A stretch of 64,000 bases of DNA from positions 1,376,001-1,440,000 of the forward strand of contig OZ242326.1 of NCBI GenBank assembly GCA_965208325.1, read 5' to 3'. The DNA is from Candidatus Poribacteria bacterium (GTDB taxonomy: Bacteria > Poribacteria > WGA-4E > PCPOR2b). Positions 44,771-53,491 of the stretch are shown in pieces (positions within the stretch are counted from its first letter, which is position 1; the number at the start of each line of letters is the position of its first letter). The position numbers were made by a program, and so were the translations under genes. The notes beneath the pieces were generated by a model that did no database searches, had not been told where the DNA came from, and saw only the letters and a program-made list of their open reading frames with translations.

Positions 44771-46969
44771 TCACGGCGCCACTTCCACAACCCACCCCAC
44801 TGTTTTGGCGGGTTTGTATTCTCCGTCGCGCAGGTATTTCGAGGTGTGCCACAAACATAACCGCTTTCCGTCGGGCAACCATGTCACTTTCACCAAGTCA
44901 ACTGTTGTACGCGCGATCGGCAATGCGCGGTTCGTTTCCATATCCAGCACCCATACCTTCCACATTATCCCCATACAATCCTCACGTTCCAGATAAGCCA
45001 GCCGAACGCCTTGGGGCGACCATGACGGCGATGTGTGTTTGAGAACTCTTGACTCATTTGGCAAATCCGTAGAAACAACGTGGAGTTGCTTATTTAGCAG
45101 CGCGCCCGACACCGCATCTCCGGAAAGCACGTAAGCAAGGTTAGTTCCGTCAGCCGACCAATTTACCTGTTTAACACGTTGGGAAGACGTTTTGATCTCT
45201 TTCAGTTTTGTGCCGTTAGTATCCTGGATGCGAATCCTGGCGTGTCCGGAGGCGTAGTGTTGGTAATCCAAACCAATTGCAACTCGATTTCCATCTGGAG
45301 ACCACGAAGGCGGGTCTAGGTAACTGAAGGCGCCAATCCGACCCTTGATTGGTATCCGCGCCATCTGGGCAAGCTGGGATTTATCGCTATTAATTCGATA
45401 AAGGTTATGAACCCCATCTTCCCAACGCCGGAACGCAATCTGATTTGCCGTCGGCGACCACGCCGGCGCATCCCCGGCAACCAGCTTGATTATGTGGGGA
45501 TTATGCCGATTAATTATAAATACATAGCTGTCCCTTCCCTCATATCCTTCAAACGCAATAAGATTGCTGTCGAGCGACCATGATAGATGCGGATTATAGA
45601 AATTCCCTCCGCACAGCCGCTTGAACCGCCTCGCATATCTGTCCGTCAACCAGAGTTCGCTCGCTTTCCAGTATTGCCCGGAGAGGTTGGTTCGCTTCAA
45701 AAACGCAATCACCTTGCCGTTGGGCGACCAGTGAGGGGATTCTCCGCCTTCAATCAGTTCCAATGTCCGAACGTTTGAACAGAGGGCTTTATTGAACTGA
45801 ACACCCTCGATTTCTTCAAACTCGCCAATTCCAAACCCGTCCATCCAACCGTATTCCCCGTCTGGAAGTTCAACGTGATACCAATTCTCCGACGCATCAA
45901 CGATTGGCAGTTCGACGCCATCGTTAAGTGACAATAGCACGTCTGAGGTTTTTTCAGCACTCGGCTCCCCAGTAATTCCGCTGTCTCTTTTGGCATAAAC
46001 AGGTGCTTCATCGCGAACGACGATTCCGAATGGACGTTTATCCGGTTCAACTTGAGGCGCATCGGCGTCTAGATTTTCAAAGGCATACACATATCCGTCG
46101 TGCGACGTGATGTAAAGCATTCCGTCCGCGATTGCCGGCGCCGCGTCAAAGTAGCCTTTTGCTTCGTACGACCAAATCTCCGCTTGTGATTCAGCGTCAA
46201 AAGCGTGAACTTTTTTATCGCGTCCGCCGATGTAGACGACCCCATTTGCCATGACCGGATAGCTACTCGTACCGGGCGTGAAACCGCGCCAAAAATCCGC
46301 GTGATGATGCGGCATCGTTGGCCGTAACTTTCCGCGGGTGCAAACATATTCGTTGCCGCTAATCCTGACGCGGCTCCTGACTTGGTTCAGTAACGCACCG
46401 GTCGCCGCATCCATGATAAGAATCTTGTTCGGAAATACGCCAACGTAAATGTTTCCGCCTGAAGCAATCGGCGGGGAATCCATCCAGTTCTCGGCTTGGT
46501 ACTGCCAAATCTGGACGCCCGAATCCGATTCAAGCGCATACACCCGGTTGTCTCGCGCACTGACGTAGACGCGGTTGTTCCACACTGTCGGTGCGTACCG
46601 AATGGCGCCGCTAGTTTGAAACGTCCACCGTACTCCCCAATTTTCTGCGTCAAGCGCATACAGCTTTTGGTCCTCTGAACCAACGTATACGGTTCCGTAA
46701 GCCACGGCAACGCTACCGATTATGGGGCCTCCGGTCTTGAATTTCCAGCGCAACTTGAGCGGCGGCTTAAGGCGCTGATCGGAACTTTTACCGGAGAAAT
46801 TCAGGTCGTGCATGAACATCGGCCAATCTTGGGGCCGAGTCGGCGATACAGTTTCGGCCCGTTGACTCACCCCGTCGGGTTTTGCGGAAGGAGTCGCATC
46901 TTGCGTGTCAGGAGATTGACACGACCATATGGCAAAAACAAGTAAAACCGAAAAAATGATTCGCCTCAT
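44771..46969 (-). CDS. Lipoprotein with PQQ-like propeller + SH3b-like + TolB-like (PD40) propeller
   Basis: Lipobox IWSC; LRWKFKTGG, VYVGSEDQKLYALD; WYHVELPDGEYGWM; repeated PxWSPDG/WSPNG. Confidence 0.8.
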   Translation of the reverse strand: MRRIIFSVLLVFAIWSCQSPDTQDATPSAKPDGVSQRAETVSPTRPQDWPMFMHDLNFSGKSSDQRLKPPLKLRWKFKTGGPIIGSVAVAYGTVYVGSEDQKLYALDAENWGVRWTFQTSGAIRYAPTVWNNRVYVSARDNRVYALESDSGVQIWQYQAENWMDSPPIASGGNIYVGVFPNKILIMDAATGALLNQVRSRVRISGNEYVCTRGKLRPTMPHHHADFWRGFTPGTSSYPVMANGVVYIGGRDKKVHAFDAESQAEIWSYEAKGYFDAAPAIADGMLYITSHDGYVYAFENLDADAPQVEPDKRPFGIVVRDEAPVYAKRDSGITGEPSAEKTSDVLLSLNDGVELPIVDASENWYHVELPDGEYGWMDGFGIGEFEEIEGVQFNKALCSNVRTLELIEGGESPHWSPNGKVIAFLKRTNLSGQYWKASELWLTDRYARRFKRLCGGNFYNPHLSWSLDSNLIAFEGYEGRDSYVFIINRHNPHIIKLVAGDAPAWSPTANQIAFRRWEDGVHNLYRINSDKSQLAQMARIPIKGRIGAFSYLDPPSWSPDGNRVAIGLDYQHYASGHARIRIQDTNGTKLKEIKTSSQRVKQVNWSADGTNLAYVLSGDAVSGALLNKQLHVVSTDLPNESRVLKHTSPSWSPQGVRLAYLEREDCMGIMWKVWVLDMETNRALPIARTTVDLVKVTWLPDGKRLCLWHTSKYLRDGEYKPAKTVGWVVEVAP

Positions 46970-46990
46970 TATCGTCCTTTTCAGCGAGAT

Positions 46991-47476
46991 TCACTCCTCT
47001 GAGCCAGTTTTATATACTAGCCCCCTCAACCTCAGGTAAAACACCGGGTTGTCCTTTCCCGCCTCCATCAACAAATCGGTTAGTTCCGATTTAGATAGGC
47101 GTTCCAGCTCTTGACGAATTTGCGAATCGACGACACCTTCATCAACCCGCTCGTAAACCCATTCAAATAGGACCGCGGCAACATGCTGACAGACATCAAA
47201 CCCTTGGGAATATGAGCAGGTGCAGTTGCCGTCAATTCCATCATCATCGTACCAGACTCTGACAGTGTAATTCGGGGATGATCTGCCGGCCATTTCGGCA
47301 TCAATAGCAGTTTCGCTAACCCTCAGATTCTTCACCAATCCCGATTCGTAATCGTCGTATCCACGCCCCGCCAAGGTATGGCCGACCAGTGTGTAGATGT
47401 CATCCTCAGTGACGTCATTTAGCTTCATTCGCAATACCCGCAACTTGTTTTTTACGTGCACATCAAAATCCGGCAT
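46991..47476 (-). CDS. SWIM zinc finger protein
   Basis: RGYDDY...G, NCTCSY...VCQHVAAVL (CxC-CxH). Confidence 0.8.
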   Translation of the reverse strand: MPDFDVHVKNKLRVLRMKLNDVTEDDIYTLVGHTLAGRGYDDYESGLVKNLRVSETAIDAEMAGRSSPNYTVRVWYDDDGIDGNCTCSYSQGFDVCQHVAAVLFEWVYERVDEGVVDSQIRQELERLSKSELTDLLMEAGKDNPVFYLRLRGLVYKTGSEE

Positions 47477-47488
47477 ATTTCAAGGTAA

Positions 47489-47517
47489 ATTATAGGTGAT
47501 TATTTGCGCTTCGTCAA
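47489..47517 (-). promoter_or_regulatory. sigma70 promoter of the SWIM gene (short leader)
   Basis: TTGACG-N17-TATAAT, 12 nt before ATG 47476. Confidence 0.65.
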
Positions 47518-47561
47518 CGCGCAATTGTGCTGCCCGTGACGCATGCAGGGGATTTATTCTA

Positions 47562-47590
47562 TTGACACTAACCGTTTGTTCAGTTACACT
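47562..47590 (+). promoter_or_regulatory. sigma70 promoter of hflX
   Basis: TTGACA-N17-TACACT. Confidence 0.6.
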
Positions 47591-47642
47591 TTCGTCACGG
47601 ATGAATCTGTAGGTATTGACTCCACCGCTGAAAGGAGAGTTT

Positions 47643-48971
47643 ATGTCCGAAACTCATCACCTGACGATACCCTCACCCCAACGCGTTGTCCTCGTTGGAG
47701 TAAAATTAAAAACGCAACTGAAAAGTGATGTAGAGGATTCGCTAGTAGAGTTAGGACAACTCGCGGAGACCGCCGGTTTCGAGGTGCTTCACAAAATTGT
47801 ACAGCCCAGAGATACACCGGATCCCGCACATTTTATCGGGGCGGGGAAGCTAAAGGAATTGGGCGCATTGATGAGCGAAGCGGGTGCGGACGCGGTCGTT
47901 TTCGATAATGAACTCACGCCGGCGCAAACACGCAATATTGAAAAGGCATTGGACACAGTTGCCATCGACCGGACAAGCCTAATTCTGGAAATCTTCGCGC
48001 AGCGGGCACAGACGAAGGAAGCAAAACTACAGGTGGAGTTAGCCCAGTTACAATATGCCTTGCCGCGTCTGACTCGGATGTGGACCCATTTGTCCCGCTT
48101 GGCGACGGGCGGCGGCGGAAGTACGGCTGTCGGTGCAGGGCGTACCGGCGGCGCGGTCCGCGGTCCGGGCGAAACGCAGCTACAAATTGACCGAAACTTG
48201 ATTGGTGCGCAGATACTACGCCTCCAGAAATCCTTGAAGGCGGTTGAAAAACAACGGCGCGTTCAGCGAAGCAGCCGAAGCGAGATGATTAAAGTGTCGC
48301 TGGTTGGTTACACAAATGCCGGCAAGTCAACGCTCTTCAACGTGCTGACCGGCGAAAATCGGCTTGCTGAAAATCGGTTGTTCGCGACCCTCGATCCAAC
48401 CACGCGCGTCGTTGACTTACCCGACAACCGGCAAATCTTGTTGACAGATACTGTCGGATTCATCAAAAAACTTCCGCATCATCTTGTCGCTGCATTCAAA
48501 GCCACACTAGAGGAGGTTGCTGAAGCGGATTTGCTTCTTCACGTGGTTGATGGAAGCCACCCCCAGGCGGAAGCTCAAGTCGAATCCGTGAACGACGTGC
48601 TCAAATCGTTGAACGCCAACGACATCCCCACAATCATCCTACTGAATAAAATCGACCTATCCGAAAACGAGGAACAACCGCAACTTCTCCGTTTCAAATT
48701 TCCCGATAGCCTCCAAATTTCTGCACAGACAGGGGCTGGGCTTGAAAAACTGAAGACCGAGCTTGCTGACCGATTCGCTTCCACGGACATTGACATGTCG
48801 CTCCGCCTCTCTTATCGTGACGGCAAGGCGCTGGACTACCTGTATAAACACGGCGAGGTTTTTGAGGCGGATTATGGCGGCAACGCCATCCGAGTCCAAG
48901 CGAGGCTTCCGCACCGCTATCTGAAGGCGTTGAATCAGCTTGCGGCGCATTCAACCTATGAGCTGCGATAA
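47643..48971 (+). CDS. hflX: Ribosome-splitting GTPase HflX
   Basis: DRTSLILEIFAQRA, EAKLQVELAQL, RGPGETQ, GYTNAGKST, LFATLDPT, DTVGF, NKID; AAGGAG RBS before ATG 47643. Confidence 0.96.
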   Translation: MSETHHLTIPSPQRVVLVGVKLKTQLKSDVEDSLVELGQLAETAGFEVLHKIVQPRDTPDPAHFIGAGKLKELGALMSEAGADAVVFDNELTPAQTRNIEKALDTVAIDRTSLILEIFAQRAQTKEAKLQVELAQLQYALPRLTRMWTHLSRLATGGGGSTAVGAGRTGGAVRGPGETQLQIDRNLIGAQILRLQKSLKAVEKQRRVQRSSRSEMIKVSLVGYTNAGKSTLFNVLTGENRLAENRLFATLDPTTRVVDLPDNRQILLTDTVGFIKKLPHHLVAAFKATLEEVAEADLLLHVVDGSHPQAEAQVESVNDVLKSLNANDIPTIILLNKIDLSENEEQPQLLRFKFPDSLQISAQTGAGLEKLKTELADRFASTDIDMSLRLSYRDGKALDYLYKHGEVFEADYGGNAIRVQARLPHRYLKALNQLAAHSTYELR

Positions 48972-48989
48972 ACAAGACAAGGACTTGTA

Positions 48990-50816
48990 TTGAATGGAGA
49001 AGTATTCCTTAAATGGAGTCCTTCCGCCAATGGAAGGGACAATAACACCCATCGGAAAGCGTTTAAACGATTGCTTCACGAAGGGAAACGCGCATGGATT
49101 TTGGTTGATGCGCTGGCGGACCGGACACGTTTCCACCTTAACTTTGTCGACCATACCTTTTCTCAAGCGGACAGTGCTGAGGCTATCCAGACATTACTCC
49201 GGCAGCTTCTCAGCCCTTCTCAAGGCTTTAACCGAACCTACCTTCTCGCACAGGAAGGTGCCGAAGTTCCGTGCTACGATATAACGGAACATATCGGTAG
49301 ATGTCTAGGGGGCGATCTCACAGTCGCCGATAGGCTGAGAGGCCGCACCATTTTTCACCTCCGTCAAACCGGCGCGCAGACGGAGGATCTTCTGTCTGTA
49401 GACGGCGTTTGCGCGCACGCGCACCGGATATTGCAGCCGTACCTCCGCGAATTCGCCGAATACTTGGACAGAGCCGTTATCGGTTTTTGCTGTAACCTTC
49501 CGACCTTTCTGTCCCCGCTCCGAAGCGAACCGCAATCAATTCCTTGGAGCGTGGAACTTGTCAACCAACTCGAGACCGATGCCTCGGTAGAATTCCTCCG
49601 ATTACTTCCGTTGACATTCCATGAAACGTACGACTCAGCGGCAGTTCGTTGCCGTTATTGGGAGCATCTGACCCGACAGTTCGCAGAGGTTTGTATCGGC
49701 GGACTGAAAAAGTATTGCCGCGAGTTGAATCTACAATTCGCAATAAATATTCCTGCGTCGGCGCGAGCGTTGGAAGCGGATATTGGGGAATTACTCAACC
49801 ACGCCAATCGCCCCATTTTCAGCCCTAAAAAGACGGATCAGCCGTACCGATTCTTAATCTCCAAGTGGGCCGCCAGCGTGCCGAATATTGAACGCTCCGG
49901 GCAAATCAGCATCTGCGCACCGGACACAACATCAAGTTTCGGTTCAGACCGACTCGCTTATGGCAGCGCGTTGGGATTCAATTCATGGATTTTGCCGGAA
50001 AATTCCTCAACCGCACCCGAAGACACGTTAGTAAACCTGAATCGCTTCCTGTCCGTTGGTGTTGCGACAAGACCGATGCTCATGATTTCGCCGATCCACA
50101 GCCTCTGGACAAAACCCGATGGAAAAGTCTGGGATTGGATAAAAAAAGAGTGGAGTTGGCTGTGTCAAACCGTTTGGACTCTCGGATATGACTTCGATGT
50201 AGTCTCGGAAACGGAATTGACCGCGGCGACGGTCAATAAAGGTGCAATCCATTTTGATAAAACCGCTTACCCGCTCATCTTGCTCCCAACTTGCCTGTCG
50301 CTCCAGGAACGGACGGTGAATCTGTTGACGCAATTTGAAAATGCGCGCGGCAAGCTGATTGCCCTGCCTCCAGTGCCGTATTTGCTCAACGGCAGAATCG
50401 GCGTCGACCCCTATCCGCTCGAACGTTTGCTTTATCGGTGGCGCACATCCATTGTAACCGGTGAAACGAAGAACGAAAAAACGGAAAGTCTCAAACGGCT
50501 GCTGCGAAAGTGGGTCAATCCGGCGATACAGGTTTTCCGGCGGCCCGACAATATTCCGACGAACTGCCTGGCAATTCATCACCGTCATTCGGACGATGTT
50601 GAACTGTTCTATCTTTACAACCGAGAGGAAATGCCGGTTGAGGTCCTCGTCGAGATGAATTGGGAGGCATCTACACTGAATGAATGGAATGCTGCGACCG
50701 GTGAGCAGGGGGGTTTAGACTGTTGGCACGCCGACGCAAAAACGTACACGACGCTATCCTTTGCACCCCAACAGGGAAGGCTAATTGTCGACCAAAGGGT
50801 GATGCGCGAAGCGTGA
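48990..50816 (+). CDS. Hypothetical protein resembling a degenerate GH106/alpha-L-rhamnosidase-like glycoside hydrolase
   Basis: IPWS, VRCRYWEHLTRQFAE...YCRELNL, GYDFDVVSE, YPLILLP, FYLYN, WNAATGE resemble that family's middle and C-terminal domains. Confidence 0.5.
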   Translation: MNGEVFLKWSPSANGRDNNTHRKAFKRLLHEGKRAWILVDALADRTRFHLNFVDHTFSQADSAEAIQTLLRQLLSPSQGFNRTYLLAQEGAEVPCYDITEHIGRCLGGDLTVADRLRGRTIFHLRQTGAQTEDLLSVDGVCAHAHRILQPYLREFAEYLDRAVIGFCCNLPTFLSPLRSEPQSIPWSVELVNQLETDASVEFLRLLPLTFHETYDSAAVRCRYWEHLTRQFAEVCIGGLKKYCRELNLQFAINIPASARALEADIGELLNHANRPIFSPKKTDQPYRFLISKWAASVPNIERSGQISICAPDTTSSFGSDRLAYGSALGFNSWILPENSSTAPEDTLVNLNRFLSVGVATRPMLMISPIHSLWTKPDGKVWDWIKKEWSWLCQTVWTLGYDFDVVSETELTAATVNKGAIHFDKTAYPLILLPTCLSLQERTVNLLTQFENARGKLIALPPVPYLLNGRIGVDPYPLERLLYRWRTSIVTGETKNEKTESLKRLLRKWVNPAIQVFRRPDNIPTNCLAIHHRHSDDVELFYLYNREEMPVEVLVEMNWEASTLNEWNAATGEQGGLDCWHADAKTYTTLSFAPQQGRLIVDQRVMREA

Positions 50817-50883
50817 TGAAGGATAATGTGACATAATCTCAAGTCTATGTGGATATTTTTGATTTCAAGGATAGTTCGCACGA

Positions 50884-51642
50884 ATGCTCAAGGAACTGAA
50901 CAAAAGCGAATGGCTTTCGCTGTTAAACATCCCCGAAGACAGGATACCGAAGGTTTTAGTGCTGCGCGGCACCCGGAACCTGAGACGCAATTTTTACAAG
51001 CATCGTGCTTATTTTACGGATTGCATTGAGATTGGCTCACCAAACGGAATTTTCGAGGACGTGTTGATTGGTAAATATCAGGATACCGATGTCGGTTATG
51101 CATCTGTATACGGCGATGCAATGGCATCCGAAATCACGCATGTGTTCGGTGTGCTGGGGACGTCCGTCGTCATCCAGACCGGTTGCTGCGGCGCGCTGGC
51201 GGATTGGCATCAGCCCGGCGATATCGTGTGTGCGACATCAGCGCATTGCGGAGAGGGGGCGGCGCAATATTATTTTCCCCGTACACAAGAGATAGATGCG
51301 TCACCCAACCTCGTTGACTTGCTTAAGCCCGTATGGTTTGATCCTGTTGCATTACACAAAGGTCCAATTTGGACCACATCCGCGCTGCTAGGAGAGGGAA
51401 TACAGGAAGTTCAGAAATGGTCTCGTCAGGGCTATATCGCGGTGGACATGGAAACTGCGAGCACTTTCGCAGTTGCAGAATATTTTCAGATGGGCAGGCT
51501 GTCGCTGCTGTTCGTTTTTGATAATCCCTGCCGGGGGGAGCACATTCTCTTGAACGATGCTAAAAAACAGAAGCGGAGAGCAATTGGGGAGCAGGTCATG
51601 ATTAATGCAGTCTTTGGCATAATAGAATGCTGCGAATTTTGA
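50884..51642 (+). CDS. Nucleoside phosphorylase family protein (PNP/UDP_1)
   Basis: IQTGCCGAL, PGDIV, EGAAQYY, GPIWTTSA, AVDMETAS. Confidence 0.8.
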   Translation: MLKELNKSEWLSLLNIPEDRIPKVLVLRGTRNLRRNFYKHRAYFTDCIEIGSPNGIFEDVLIGKYQDTDVGYASVYGDAMASEITHVFGVLGTSVVIQTGCCGALADWHQPGDIVCATSAHCGEGAAQYYFPRTQEIDASPNLVDLLKPVWFDPVALHKGPIWTTSALLGEGIQEVQKWSRQGYIAVDMETASTFAVAEYFQMGRLSLLFVFDNPCRGEHILLNDAKKQKRRAIGEQVMINAVFGIIECCEF

Positions 51643-51674
51643 ATGGGATAATTTTTCAAAGCACGGAGGGTTGA

Positions 51675-52892
51675 ATGGAAAGTCACACAGACACGATAAT
51701 TGAAAAAACGGAATCGCATTTCTTTCCGGTGTTCAACAGAAGTCCTTTGGTCGTTGATAGAGCAAGCGGATGTCTGGTCTGGGATGTAAACGGAAAGGAA
51801 TATATTGACCTGACATCGGGCTGGGGTGTGACGACGCTCGGGCATTGTTACCCCGCTTTGATTGAAGCGGTATCAGAGCAGTTAGGGTTGTGCATGCAAG
51901 CTCCAAACTGTAATCTGTCTTACACGATTCCTCAAGCTGAAGCCTCGGAACTGCTTTGTGAGATTTCACCGCCGGGTCTCACAAGGGTCTTCTTTACGAA
52001 CTGCGGCTCTGAAGCCGTAGAGTGCGCGATCAAGCTTGCCCGACGAGCGAAAAATAAGCCGGGGTTCATCGCTTGCCGGAACGGCTTTCACGGCAGAACG
52101 CTGGGCGCCGCATCGATCACCGGTCAGGAACGGTACAGAGCGCCGTTTGAACCGCTATTGCCCGGGATGAAGTTCGTTGAATTCGGGAGTTGCGCGGCTA
52201 TCGAAGCTGCCATTGATGAGGAAACAGCCGCAATTATCGTAGAACCGATTCAGGGAGAAGGCGGTGTAATTGTGCCGCCAGCCGGTTATCTGAATGGTCT
52301 GAGGAAAATTGCGCATAGGCATGATATCCTGCTCATCTTCGATGAAATTCAGACCGGCATCGGCCGGACGGGAAAAATGTTCGGCGCCAACCACGAAGGC
52401 GTGACACCGGATATTCTCCTTTTGGGCAAATGCTTGGGCGGCGGAATTCCCGTCGGGGCTATTGTTATCACTGAGGATGTCGCTGCAACAATCGAAAAGG
52501 GCGATCATGGGGGCACCTTTGCGGGCAATCCAATCGCGTGTGCTGCGGTTGTTTCCGTCATCCGAGAGTTGCTAGCGCATCGAATCCTTGAACATTGCCA
52601 AAAGGCTGGAGACATCGTAATAAACTCCCTGAGAGAGATTCAACACTCTACTGCTGAAAAGATTGTTGATATTCGCGGACGCGGTCTCCTGATTGGGTGC
52701 GAATTGTCGTCTGATGAATTGGCATCTGCCATTTCAAATCAGTGTCTGGAGCAAGGGGTCATCATCAACGTTGTGCACGGTAAAGTAATCAGAATATTTC
52801 CCGCGTTGAATGTAGATCTTTCACTCTTGGAGAAAGGGATGCAAACGATCGCAAACATTATGGGTTCTTCACTGTTAAGCGAGGACACCTAA
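51675..52892 (+). CDS. argD: Class III aminotransferase, acetylornithine aminotransferase-like
   Basis: NCGSEAVE, FHGRT, EPIQGEGG, DEIQTGIGRTG, GKCLGGG, HGGTFAGNP. Confidence 0.75.
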   Translation: MESHTDTIIEKTESHFFPVFNRSPLVVDRASGCLVWDVNGKEYIDLTSGWGVTTLGHCYPALIEAVSEQLGLCMQAPNCNLSYTIPQAEASELLCEISPPGLTRVFFTNCGSEAVECAIKLARRAKNKPGFIACRNGFHGRTLGAASITGQERYRAPFEPLLPGMKFVEFGSCAAIEAAIDEETAAIIVEPIQGEGGVIVPPAGYLNGLRKIAHRHDILLIFDEIQTGIGRTGKMFGANHEGVTPDILLLGKCLGGGIPVGAIVITEDVAATIEKGDHGGTFAGNPIACAAVVSVIRELLAHRILEHCQKAGDIVINSLREIQHSTAEKIVDIRGRGLLIGCELSSDELASAISNQCLEQGVIINVVHGKVIRIFPALNVDLSLLEKGMQTIANIMGSSLLSEDT

Positions 52893-53011
52893 ATTGCCCA
52901 AATAGCATAATGGCGCCCATGTTTGTGCATGAGCTACGTGAGGAATTGCCTTGAACTCCGACTGGAAAGAACTGACATCCCGATAAACAGTATTCTTGAG
53001 CATGGTGAACC

Positions 53012-53422
53012 GTGAAAGCTTATATCTCCATTAAATACCGTGAAGACAACAGCAACAAATATTGTATTCAAAAAATCTCGTCTGCGCTTGAGCGAAACGG
53101 CTTTGAAACAGTATGTGTCGCCCGTGACATTGAGAATTGGGGGCAAGTCGAATTAAGTCCTGAAGAGTTGATGCAAAGGTCATTTGCTGCAATCGAGTCG
53201 AGTGACGTATTCGTGGTCGACCTATCAGAAAAAGGGGTAGGCTTGGGCATCGAAGCGGGCTACGCACACGCGGTGAAAATTCCGGTTGTAGTAATCGCAA
53301 AAGCGGGTTCAGACATTTCAACGACACTACAGGGGATTTCGCAGAAGCTGTTATTTTACGAGACTTTCGATGATCTTGTTCAATTTTTTGAAGTGTCGAT
53401 GGTTCCCCATGTTCGGCAATGA
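53012..53422 (+). CDS. Nucleoside 2-deoxyribosyltransferase/Rcl-like protein
   Basis: AYIS, IESSDVFVVDLS, GLGIEAGYA, KIPVVV. Confidence 0.75.
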   Translation: MKAYISIKYREDNSNKYCIQKISSALERNGFETVCVARDIENWGQVELSPEELMQRSFAAIESSDVFVVDLSEKGVGLGIEAGYAHAVKIPVVVIAKAGSDISTTLQGISQKLLFYETFDDLVQFFEVSMVPHVRQ

Positions 53423-53491
53423 GTATAGACTAGGTTTAACTAGGGCGCTATTCTCGACTTTTTGAAGGCAGATTTGGAATACAGTGCCCGG

